NCBI RefSeq assembly: GCF_021028975.2
Contig: NC_059434.1
Span: forward strand, 88,846,001 to 88,910,000
Length of the DNA: 64,000 nucleotides
Source: Sphaerodactylus townsendi
Lineage: Eukaryota
Direction of reading: 5' to 3'
The notes under the pieces were generated by a model, which saw nothing but the letters and a program-made list of their open reading frames with translations, was not told the DNA's origin and searched no databases. A program made the position numbers and the translations under genes. This document shows positions 36,101 to 56,415 of the stretch, piece after piece; position 1 is the first letter of the stretch; each line of letters starts with the position of its first letter.

Positions 36101-39100
36101 TCTGACTGTGTCTTATCGAAGGCTTTCACGGCTGGATTCAACTGGTTGTTGTGGGTTTCCCGGGCTGTGTGGCCGTGGTCTGGTAGATCTTGTTCCTAAC
36201 AGATGCAGGCGAAATGTTAGGAACAAGATCTACCAGACCATGGCCACGCAACCTGGAAAACCCACAACAACCAGTACTCGGACTGTAATTTTGTTCCCTT
36301 AATATTCAGTCGGAACCTTTCTGCCCATAATTTAAAGCCACTGTTGTGAGTGCTGCCCTCAGGAACAGCTCCCTGTGCTCCACTTAGTGACGGCCCTTCA
36401 GATATTTCAAGAGAGCCCTTCTGTCCCCCCTCAACCTCCTGTTTTCCAGGCTAAACATTCCCATGTCCTCCCCCAGCCTTTTCTTGGAGGGCTTGGTCTC
36501 CAGGCCCCGGGAGCCTCCTTGTGGCTGTCCTTTGCCCCCGCTCCATTCTTCAGTGTTCATCTTATGATTAGGAGCTCATGTCTCTGTTGATGCACCTCAA
36601 GATCGTATTGACCTTTTTTCCTTCTAGAACACACAACACCCACGGCTACTCATATGTAGCTTACATTCCACCCATTCCCCAAGATCTTGTTCACACACAG
36701 TGCTATCCAAAAGTCTGTTCCCCCTACAGTATGCTTGGTTCTCATTTTTGTTACCCACTAGAGTATGTTTCATTTCTTTTATGCATTTGTTGTCAGAAAT
36801 GGTGGGGGGTTTCCCACCTACCATGTATTTACAAGGATGGCTTGATTCCCCTGTCCCCAGAACACACCAATAAAAGCAACTGGCTGTACTTAAAAGATTA
36901 AAGAAGAGGTGCAGGCTTACACACAAGGCAACGTTAATCTAGGTGCAATGAAATAATAAATCTAGCTTCCTGAAATACACGGGCAGATTTCTAGGCAAGC
37001 AGATTTCAACATCTTCAAATTAGCAAAAGCAATTAGTCTTTGGCCCATCACTGGTCCCAATAATATTATTGAACCATGCATTGAAACTTGAGCCAGATGG
37101 TTATAGGAAACTGGACTGCTGACCCCTTAACCGTGATCCAAAAGGTGATTCTGGAAGGAAAGCAAGATTCTTCCCTCCCACCTCACATAGCGGAGAGTAG
37201 TTCAGTCAGGTTGCTTTGACATTCAAAGGGTGATCTCAAGCTCTGTTCTTTACCACCTGACTTTACACTTCCCCTCCCCCACCGCTAACCTCTAACCTGC
37301 TACAAGTCAGAGGTGCCATCAAATCACCTCTGACTGACTTCAACCCCTGGCCAGAGGTTTTCAAGGCAAGAGTGGTTCAGAAGTGGTTTGGCAGGGTTGA
37401 TGTTGCTTAGAGATCTTCTGAGATCTGAGGCATAATAATGACCTTAGATATACTCATGATGCCCGTCTCCCCCAAAATCACGGGGTGGGGGGGAGATTGT
37501 CTTCTTGCAGACCTAGAATATGAAACTGCAGATAGAGAGAGATGCCACATTTTGTGCACATTCTATACAACTGTCAGAATCGTCCAAGGCGTACACGGCT
37601 GATTCAGTGACATGTATTTGCTTTTAGATAAATACTTTAATGGAATAGCCAGCTAGGTAGTTAGATAGTTATAACCACTTTGTTAATGTATGCTTTATTC
37701 TACTGGACCATAATAAATTGTTAAATTGAATTAAACTGCAATGCATGTCAGACATCTGATTTCAGTGCCCCACTCTACCCCATATTGACCGGCAGAACAA
37801 AGAGGGAACTTCCTTAAGTTAATGCAGTATACAAAATAAAGCACAACTCTTTTTATTAGACAAGAATGTAATAAATATAGACATGTGCAGGCTAATCCCA
37901 CAAGTACAGGAAAACAGTGTTGGCAGGGTGTGAGCACACAGCGAAGTGGCAGGTTCAGCCGATTTCAGATAAAGGTAAATATTTATTTGGGAACTACATT
38001 ATAGATAGAAAAACTGAGATAGGGATAGATCGCCTCTTGCTACCTTGCTGGCGAGGGAGAGAGAGAAACAAGAAAGCTTCCAAGAGGAAAGAGGGCCTTG
38101 CCCTGACCATATCAGTCTATGCAGACAGACAAGAGCATGAATGCGCCTTAATTTTACAGACCTATCTAGCTGACCGCTTGCCTGCCCTCTGCAGGTGGTT
38201 CTTCTAATTTCTTTGCATGCTAGACATTGCTAATCGCAACAAAAAATGCATGCAGTAAAAACCAGATCTTCTAGCATTCCTCAAGCATAACTAAATCACG
38301 ATAGTTCTCTAAGACGAAGGATTGAAGATGAAAGGCAGAATGATACTCAAAAGAGAAAGGCCACCATATCAGATATGCTCACACTACTTAGGGTCTTCTC
38401 CAACAGGACCCCAGCAGAAACTCTTGATTAGACCCCAGTATGACTCTTCACCGAGACACTGCGGGAACAGCAATAAACATTCTGAACTTTAACACACAAT
38501 TGTCCTCTGAATAAAAAACACAAAATAAGAAATAAAACAATATCACAAGGTATTTTGCAAACAGGTGGTCTAGAAAACATCTTGTTAACTCCCATTTTAG
38601 AGTCTTGGAGCAAAGTCTAAAATGGGCCCTTGTTCATTAAAGAGTCAGCTGTTTATCAGCAGCACTAATGGAGGGTCCGGGTGAGAGGCAGTCCTGCCCT
38701 TCTGTCTCCAAACATCTTACCAGCAGGGCCTGGTCCCTGGCCTCCAAGGCTACAGATGTATCCCACAGGAGCCACAAAGAGGCCAGGTTTTTCTCTGATG
38801 TGGAAGATGGAAAAGATCAGCTAAGGAGGCCTGAAGAAGGGCCCGGAGCAGCTGCTGAATCACCTCGCACCCACAGCCCTCCCACAACCCCCAGGGCCTC
38901 CATCCAGATGCTCAGAAAGAGCAGGTTGGAGATGGGGGGTGGGGGATGCAAGTCAGATGTGGCCAATGAGATGGAGTGGAGGCTGCTCGATCATCTGCTG
39001 TCTTCCGTGCAATGCACGCTGTGCAAGTGGATCTGGACCCAGGACTCTCCAGTCCAGATCAGGCACTCCAGTAAGGACTGGGCTACCCTGGGTCCTCAGG

Positions 39101-41396
39101 CAGTGGGGGCATCAGAAGGTGTGAGGGTGCAGGAATCCTGACCCACAGAGCCCAGGGCTGGGATCTTGCCCGTTCGTTCGTTCGTTCGTTCGTTCATTCG
39201 TACACATAAATCCCAGCCTGGGGTGGGGTGGGTAGAGGGCAGGTTTGGGAAGGGGTCTCTTTAAAGAAATGAATGTTGCAGTGGCTGTGGAGGGGAGAGA
39301 TGCGGCTCACTCCGTGTTTATTCCAGCCTGAAAGGGCTTTCCTCAGGGGCTTGCTGTATGGAAGGAGATGGGGCTGACGGCATGGCTTTGTGGGTTGCTG
39401 GTGGGCTCTGGGGCACACTCTCCTCTTCTGTTCCCCCACTTCTGTAGGAAAGAGTGGTGGAGCTGGAGCAGGAGATCTCGGAGGCCAAGGAAGAGATGGC
39501 CCGCTACATGCGCGAGTACCAGGAGCTGCTGAACATCAAGATGGCTCTGGACATTGAGATCGCTGCCTACAGGTTAGGCCTTTCTGCCCAGGGGATGGGT
39601 AGAATCACAGAGCTGGAAGAGACCCCAAGGGCCATCAAGTCCAAACCCATGCCATGCAGGAACACACAATCAAAACACTCCTGTGGTCATCCAGCCTCTC
39701 TCTTTAAAAACCTCCAAAGGAGGAGACTCCAACACACTCCGAGGGAGCGCATTCCACTGTGGAACAGCCCCGACAGTCAGGAAGTTTTTCCTGATGTTGA
39801 GGTGGAATCTCTTTTCCTTCACCTTGGACCCATGACTCCGTGTCCTGGTCTCTGGAGCAGCAGAAAACAAGCTTTCTCCCTCACCAACAGGACATCCCTT
39901 CAAATACCTAAACATGGCTATCATGTCCCCCCTTAACCTTCGCTTCTCCAGACTAAACCTCCCCAGCTCCCTCAGTCTCTCCTCGTAAGGCATGCATTCC
40001 AGACCTTTCACCATTTTGGTTGCCCTCCTCTGGACCCGTTCCAGCTTGTCCATATCCTTCAATTGCAATGCCCAGAACTGAACACAGTACTCTAGGTGAG
40101 GTCTCACCAATGCAGAGTAGAGTGGTACAATTACTTCCCTTGATCTAGACACTATAATCTTATTGATGCATCCCAGAATTGCACTGGCTTTCTTGGCTGC
40201 CATGTCACGCTGCTGACTCATGTTCAGTTTGTGGTCTACTAGGACTCCCAGATTCAGGGTAGTCCCTGAAAACCACAGCTGCAAAGACCAAATACCAGGG
40301 GAGGGGCTTGATGGTGGGTACAGAGGAGGAGGAAGGGGAAGAAGAGGCTTGGAGAGGAAGAGATGAGGGAGAAGTCTGGATGCTTAGAATCAGAGAGTTG
40401 AAAGGGCCTACAGAAGCCCTTTGGTCCAACCTCCTGCTCAAGGCAGGATCACTCTGAAGCACCCCTGGCAAAGTCTTTGTCCAGCTACTGTTTGAAGACT
40501 GCCAGTGAGGGGCCTGGGGGGGGGGGCTCATTGCCTCTCTAGGCAGCTTGTTTCACTGCTGAACAACCCTTACTGTAAAGGAAAAATAATCCTAATATTT
40601 TATTTATGTGACTTAATAGACTGCCCCTCTCCTTTCTGTTTGTAATTTCTGCCCATCATTGCGAGGCCGACAGGAAGAGCCTCTAAGGGACAGCCCTTCA
40701 AATACTTCAAGAGAGCAATCATGTGTGTGCCCCCCCACCTCTTCGTCTCCATCTTGAACACCCCCAAGTCCCACAGCCTTTCCTCCAGGGGCAAATCGAC
40801 AAGTCATGTGAACAATAGAGCAGTTACAGAATTTAAAGATTAATGCAAAAATTATTTTAATATTTTCATGAAATAAAAAGTGGAGGAGGGGGGAGATGAC
40901 ATGGTATGTTTTAAAAGACTTTTTAAAGAGGAAAAACCCTGGGTATGGATTCAGTTTCTGGAAACTATGGAAATTTATTCTTACATTTATCACTATTGCT
41001 ATTATTACTTAGTGGAATGTAACCTTTTGAGAGTTAAAACTCTCTTCATCAGATATGAGCTGGAACTGAGGTCCTTGAATTCTTATTTCCCAGACAGGTG
41101 GTGGGAGGGCGCTGCAGAGGAGGAACGCAGGATGCACAGGTGCAATGTGCATGGCCATTAGCTTGATTGGAGCTGGAGATAAATGCTCCTGGGGCAGAAA
41201 ATCAGAATACCTGGGGTGGTCATCCAGATATATATAAAGTGCCAATCAATTCAACTGCAGCAATCTCACACGGTTATCTCCTCTTGAAGCTCTTCTGTCT
41301 GAGGACAGTGGTCACTCTTAGGTCAGAAACAAAATGCCCCTGGAAGATGGAGCTTGGGAAAGCAAGATCAGTGTACTTCTGGGGGGATGACTGGTA

Positions 41397-41445
<49 letters not shown>

Positions 41446-41523
41446 TCTCCCCCCCTTTACAGGAAACTACTGGAAGGAGAAGAGTTGTGGTGGAATTCTT
41501 CTTCACAAATGACACTAAAATGA
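33168..41523 (+). CDS. Type IV neuronal intermediate filament protein (alpha-internexin / neurofilament-light-like), 3 exons, 401 aa
   Basis: Exons 33168-34187 (1020 nt, donor CAG|GTAAGC), 39448-39572 (125 nt, TAG| ... |GTTAGG), 41463-41523 (CAG|). Coil 1A start [10 protein letters not shown]...[47 protein letters not shown], rod end [20 protein letters not shown]|KLLEGEE. A long first exon, a 125-nt second exon and an intron inside AYR/K is the type IV IF gene structure. Confidence 0.93.
34304..34803 (-). mobile_element. Solo LTR (500 bp) in intron 1 of the IF gene
   Basis: TGTTGG...CCAACA termini and perfect 5-bp TSD CTGCG. Confidence 0.88.
35925..36790 (-). mobile_element. Degenerate CR1 fragments
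   Basis: Reverse-strand CR1 3' end (AGAATCATAGAG...ATAGAGTTGGAAAGG) and residual [12 protein letters not shown]...KLHMS. Confidence 0.6.
36108..36275. mobile_element. Short non-autonomous element with long inverted arms (Penelope-like); related pieces at ~23260-23300, ~23455-23510, ~24690-24800, ~42130-42745, ~44350-44490
   Basis: GAAGGCTTTCACGGCTGG head, then inverted arms TGGTTGTTGTGGGTTTCC...GTTCCTAAC / GTTAGGAAC...CCCACAACAACCA; recurs within the window. Family assignment is from recall. Confidence 0.6.
39598..40250 (-). mobile_element. CR1 LINE 3' fragment in intron 2 of the IF gene
   Basis: [14 protein letters not shown]...[19 protein letters not shown]...[23 protein letters not shown]...RKNFLTV. 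Confidence 0.92.
41399..41442 (+). repeat. (CT)n microsatellite forming the polypyrimidine tract of IF gene exon 3
   Basis: Pure CT repeat ending ~20 nt before the AG at 41461-41462. Confidence 0.9.
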
Positions 41524-42217
41524 TTGGGGGGAGGCTGAGCTTCTTGCCTTCACCATCATCATCCCATCCTACGCTCTTGTTCCCTCACACGATGCGAGAA
41601 GCCTCCCCCCACCTCCCCCCACCTCCAAGCCAGGCTTGCTTCAGCGTTTGCAGAGGAAGAGGTGCCTGGCCCCACCTGTCCTTCAAGCCGCCTGTTCTAC
41701 TGGCTGTCTTCTTTTGGGGGTGGCAAAGGGCCGTTGTGTGTTGGGGGAAGGGGCTGCATTCTTTATGGCACTGGAAGCAGCCTGCTTTGGGGCTGGTGGC
41801 TTCTCCCCAGCCCAGAAAAGAGAGGCAAATCCTGCACTGGGCATCCATCTGACCAGCTGTGAGCTGGTGTGGAGGTCGGTCATCCTTCTAAGCTCCAAAA
41901 GGCCAAAATGGCTTCCGAGGGTGGTCTCCTGCACAGCGGCCCCGGCACAGCTGGCTCAAGCATTGTGCAAAAGTGGCCCAGGGCCCAGGGGGGAGGGGTG
42001 GCTGACCACCACAAAGAGCTTCTAAAAGAAATCTGTGGAAGTGCCCCCTGCCCCCCCACAAACTTTCCCACTGGGATCATGAAGTTTGCAAAATGGGATG
42101 CTCTTAGGATAAGTTTGGAAAGATTTGCTTTCTCAAAGGCTTTTACGGCTGGAATCAACTGGCTGGCGTGGATTTTCTGAGCTGTGGACCTGCAGGCAAA
42201 ACATTAGGGGCAAAAAC

Positions 42218-42698
42218 TGTTGGGAGAAACAACACCTCGTGTGTGTTTTCCCTTGCACAAGGAGCAGAATGCACAGAGGCTAAAAACACAGTGGAGCTTA
42301 CCTGTGTGTGAGCTCGGGAGAGAGAATTTACGACACAAAAGAAAGTTGGAGTTGTTTGTAGTTTCTAATCTATTAAAAAGAGTATTTATTAGTGAACTCC
42401 ATTCTGGATAGAAAGGTGGAGAGATAGGTTCACTAAGCTATCCTAATCTAGCTGGATGGAGACGGATGCGCAGGGCACCCATCCTCTCCCTAGGCATGGT
42501 GAAGGTAAGATGGAGAGGGTCTAGGAGAAGGCGGAAGGGAGGGAGGAAGTCCCTTAGAGTATCAGTCTACATCAAAGGTTAGGACCAGCATGATCGAGTG
42601 ACAAATCCCTCGGTCCCTTTCTAGCCACTGGCTATCTAGTAAAAAAAACCCTCTGTAGGTCGAGGCAGGAAACAGCGTCAAGTCCCTTTCCTCCAACA
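42218..42698 (-). mobile_element. Solo LTR nested in a Penelope-like short element
   Basis: TGTTGG...CCAACA termini, AAAAC/AAAAT flanks, similar to 34304-34803. The host element continues on both sides (~42130-42745). Confidence 0.85.
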
Positions 42699-43829
42699 AA
42701 AATGACCAGACTGTGGCCACACAGTCTGGGAAACTCACAACAGCCACTTTGCAAGATTTTTTCCGTACCTTTTCACAGAGCCTTCCTGCCATTATGGACC
42801 TCACATCCCTGAAAATAATGTTTAGGGGGAAACAACACACAACCACAAATAAAGAAAACTTGTGCGTGTGTGTGCGTGTGTGATGGGTGTGTGTGTCTGT
42901 CACAAGCCCAAATGGACCCCCTGCTTCCAATCTGTTCAGGCCCCAGGCCCTGGGAAGCCCGAGTGCTGCCACACATGAGCTCTGGCCCCCTCCTGATTTA
43001 GGGGGGTGGAACCTCAAGCTATGACCCCCTCAGCTCCACAAGCATCTGTGGAGCTGAGGGAGAGCTGCCATGCGCAGCCCAGAGGATTTTAGAGGGGACC
43101 ACTAGCCTTTGGAGCACCCTCTTGATCTTAAGCATCTGGGGAAGACTTCTCCCCCCCCCCCCCACCTGTAGCTATTCTGGGGCTATTGGGAAGCTGCCCA
43201 GCCTCCCTCCCACCAATACAGGACTGCTCCCCCTCCCAGTCTACTGGCCCTGGAGTCATTTGCCTCCACCAGACCTTGAACAGGGAAGGGTTGTGTGGGG
43301 CACTCTGTGGGCCAGGACGAGTGCTCATGCCCTCCCCCCTCCCCACAGGGGCTGGGATGCACACAGCGCACAAAAGCATCCAGGTCCCTGGCCTGGCAGC
43401 CGTTCAGCACCTGGACTGAATCTCTGCACTTTTTAACAGACAATGTTTTCAACTATTATTCTAAGGTAACTACAAAAAAAAAATACACATTTTTAAACAA
43501 ATGAACGTGGAAAGGCCTGGGGCAGCTCCCCCTCCCCACACCATGTCACGGCAGCACTATTGTCCACATTTTGTGTGTAGCAGAAGCACATCAATTAAAA
43601 AAGTGGAACTAATCTGTGTTTTGAGACTCTTGCAAATTTGGGGGCTTCTGAGTGCGGATGTGGGTTTGGGGGGATTTGACTTCTGCAGCTGTTTAGGACT
43701 TTATTCGTGACTTGGTCCTGCCTCCAGTTTCGCAGGGCCTCCCCCCAGCCCCCCTTTCTCCTTTCCAGCCCTCCTTTCTCCTTTCCTCATAGGGTCCACA
43801 GCAGGTATTCTCTCCACACAGTGACCCTG

Positions 43830-44350
43830 TCATATTTTTTTCCCTTTTGCTATGGACATAACCAAACGAGCCTTTGAAAAATGTTTTTAACTTCTCTAGC
43901 AAGCCTGAGCTCATTCTGAGCTTCAGCTTCTCTGACTTTCTCTGTGCACATCGTGGCTATTTGTTTGAATTCCTCTTTGTTGATTTCCTCCTTTTTCCAT
44001 TTCTTGTACACGTCCCTTTTAAATCTCAGCTCAGTTGAGAGTTCTTTAGACATCCATCCTGGTTTCCTTAGAGGCCTCGCATTTCTCCTCCTCATTGGAA
44101 GTTTGAAATTGATCTCACTTTTAAGAAGTGAGATCCATCATCCACTCCCTTCTCTTTTTAGTAGTCTTAACTACGGGATCACACCCAGTAAGCTCCTAAG
44201 TTTACTAAAATCAGATTTCTTAAAGTCTGGAATGTGCGTCTGACTAAACTCAGCATCCCCTTTCCACTGCATAACAAACTCCAGGAGAACGTGATCGCTC
44301 CCACCTGAGAAGTGATCCACCCCATTAATCAGGTCGTCATCATTGTTGGC
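43830..44350 (-). mobile_element. CR1 ORF2 internal fragment
   Basis: RKPGWMSKELSTELRFKRDVYKKWK...EEFKQIA...VREAEAQNELRLAREVKN; FKGSFGYVHSKR. Confidence 0.8.
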
Positions 44351-47300
44351 GAGGTGGTTTTTGTGCTCCTAATGTTTCGACCGCATCTGTGGCTGGTTTT
44401 CACCATAACGTGCCTCTGAAGATGCCAGTGAATCGCTGGGAGCAAAAACTACCAGACCACAGCCACACAGACCAGAAACCCTCAACAGCCAAAATTGAAA
44501 AAACAGAGTCCTTCCACGTGATGCATGTGCGCTTGCGGAAAACATAACCAGCTTTGCTTGGGCAGGGGGAGGGATGACTGCTCCAGAGCCAGCTCACACG
44601 CCTGTGGCGGCTGCTCCTTTCAGGGTTGCGAGCAGAGCCTCTCGCTGCAGCCACACATAAACCCACACCTTGTGCTCAGACATGGCCCGGCCTCTTCTCC
44701 CCTCCTTGCGGAGGCTGTGCACGGATGGGCAGAAAGTGGCATTTTTATGCCAAGAAATACCAGTGGTGAGAATCATCGCATTAGAAGAATTCTGGTTGGG
44801 CTTTATTGCAGCTGACAGGCGTGCCCAGCGTGCCCTCCCCCTCCCTGCAATAAATAAAGCAAACCACGGATTAAGATCAGTCTGTTTTGTGATCCTCCTC
44901 AGACGGGGATGGCCGGCCTGCCTCCTTCCCCTCCTGCCCTCTGCAGACCAGCCACGCTGGCCCTCCCACGGAGACTCATCTTCCTTTTCTACTGGCAAGA
45001 TAAACACTCTACTACATTTTTCAAACATTAATTTTATTGGTCAGTTTTTTTAATGCACAATTTGTAGATGACAATATTAATTTAAAACATAGCAAAACAT
45101 GTAAAGGCAACCATGAAAGTAACCCATAATAAATTAATAGGGTGCTCCTCTGCAAATCCTTTCCCCCTTGTTTCATTCACTTGCATTTGTCAGGCCAGAA
45201 TTGGTGCTCCTTCGGGCTCCCAATGTTTGGAGAAGGACGTCTGCTTTTAAAAGGCTGCCTTTTAAAAAACCAACTTCCAAACACCACGGACAGCTCTGCC
45301 CAGCCCACCCCTCACAACAATCTCCTGCAGAGCAGACTGTCTGACGCTGGACCTCCACAGATGGCTCATGCTCCGGAAAAGTTGTTGCTTTAGGTCCAAT
45401 ATTGGCTGTGGTCAGTTTTTTTAAAAAAGCTCCCTTCCAAAGGGAACACTTTGAGTCCCATCTGTCTTTGGGGTGAGGAATTTCCCCACAGACATGCACC
45501 CACTGTCATTCCAACCTACAACAGGGCCCTAGCCAGCCGACTGCCTGCTCAGTTTGGAGCTGCACACACAGGCGACCAACAGCATGTCTGTGTCTGGCCA
45601 CTGGTTACAACCCCCACCCCTCGCAGAAGCTGTTTTCTTTTGCAGTCCAATGTGGCTGCACTGGGCTTTCTGAACAGTCGGCCATGCTGAGGGCTCCCTG
45701 CCTGACTTTGGTTTGACAACCTTGCCCTCCTGCCCCCAGACCCTGAGGAGGACCCCCTGTTAGATCCAGAATAACCAGTGGCTTCAAGGCACAGTTCCTG
45801 CTCCCTAGGTGTTGCCCCCCTTCACCACTATTTGCCACCCCCGTTTCCCCCGACATCCCGCCTGCCCTCCGCAGCCTCCGCAGACATACAAACAGGAGGA
45901 AGCAGCTCAAAACGGTTCTCTGCAGTCAGCAGAAAGCAAGCCAAGAAAAATGGCAGTGCCTTGCAGGGGCCGCTCGCCCCAGAGCACCGCCCCTCCCCCG
46001 CATCATGGGCACAGAGCGTTTCCCAACTGAGCCACCTGCAGCAAGACTCCCGAGCATCACTTCACGGTGGAGACCCAAGAACCCTGCGCAGAAGGGTGGC
46101 TAGAGAGCCTGGCACATCCCCGGAGCAAGCAACGCTTCCGGCACGTGCAGAGGGCAGGCTCAGGTCACCTGCGGCGCAGGGGCTGGTGCTGCCGCCTTCC
46201 ACCCTGAGGCCACGCAGCATCTCCCTCGCACAAGCACCGGCAGCGTGAAGGATGCTCAAGGTAAGGGGAGCTGCAGGGAGTGGCACACGACACCTCTGCC
46301 CCCAAAACGTCCACTCGTCCTGGCTGCCCCCTCTCGTCCACTCTCTGCCCATTTTGAGCAGCACCTGTTCAGGCCTGGCACAGCCCCCACGAGGCTGCTG
46401 CTTCTGGCGGTCTCTCAGCAGCGGCCTCTCCTCTCCCCCACGCTGCACGGCTCTCTGCCTCCAGCCCTGCTTCTGACACAGCCCATGCACACAAGGGTGC
46501 TCTCCCTGTCCCCACTCCCACCCAGCCCTGCTCCCAGGCACCCACGGGGGAGACCAGCCTCTCTTCCTGGGCCAGCGGTGCCCTCCCCTCCCGGGAGCAG
46601 CTCTGGGGCCCCTGCAAGCATGGATGGCAGCTTCCGCCAATCGATCAGTCCACCCCACCCCACCCCACCCCACCGCGGGATTCCCCCCTCTGGGCCCCTC
46701 AGAGCCGCACTTGCTCTGAGCTGCCCGGGGGGAGGAGGGGGCAGGTTCCAGGACAGCTCATTCCCTGCGTCTGGTGCTGAGAAAAGAAAGGAGGAGCCGG
46801 CCCCGGCAGGCTGGAGCCCAAGGGGGTGGGGGCGACGGACACCCCTGCTGAGCCAGAGGCCGGCCGAGAGCAGCACAACTGGTCTGAGCCCAGAAACTGC
46901 TCTCCCAGGGCTCAACCCCCCCCCCCCCCGTCTGCTTGGTCTGGATGCTGGGGAGCCAGACACCCCCACCCCCGCTGAATGGCAGCACACAAATGGGAGG
47001 GGGGCATTCAGAAAAGCCATCCATCACCCTCAGTAGAGGCAGCCCGGGGGGGGGGGGATGGGGGTGGGCAGGCCCGATGGCCCCAGGCCAGCCAAACCAG
47101 AGCAAGCCCTGCATAACAAGCCCCAGGGAGAAACTCCAGGACTGCCGGAGAAGGCTGGAATTGGCGGCCCACTCAAGCCACGCCTCAGGCAGGACCTGCC
47201 CCCCCCCCAGCGCTGAGCACACTTATGGCACCACGGAAAGCCCCCCCTGTCCTGAGCCACCCACGACCCGCAGCCCCTCCCCACCGGTCAAGTGTCGTCA

Positions 47301-47646
47301 GGGGGCCACAGTCATTTCCTCCACCTGTCACACCTCCCCTTACGGCCGCTCTGGCAATCAGGCACTCTCAGCCTGGCAGCAGGGAAACCCCCCAAGAGAT
47401 GCCACCGGCCACTCCAGCACCACAGCGGCTGGCCCGGAACAGCCCTGCACAGAACCGACTGGACGGAGCCGGCTCTCGTGCTGCGTGCCTCTGCCCTGGC
47501 CCCACACCGACCCACCTTCCACTCCCCACGACCACGGCCAGGGACCTCCCTGCAAAGCCCAAAGCCTTGCCTCCCTGCCGCCCCCCCCCCCCCAAAAAAA
47601 AACAGGGTCAACGTGGCTCTGGGCTGGGGCTGATCCAGACGGGACC

Positions 47647-56415
<8,769 letters not shown>

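Noticed and set aside
39573-39936. ORF continuing past IF exon 2 as a possible tail domain
   Set aside because: It reads through the splice donor into an antisense CR1; the true KLLEGEE continuation is at 41463.
43403-43418. REST/RE1-like TTCAGCACCTGGACTG downstream of the IF gene
   Set aside because: One-nt spacer instead of two and a mismatched right half-site; not supportable.
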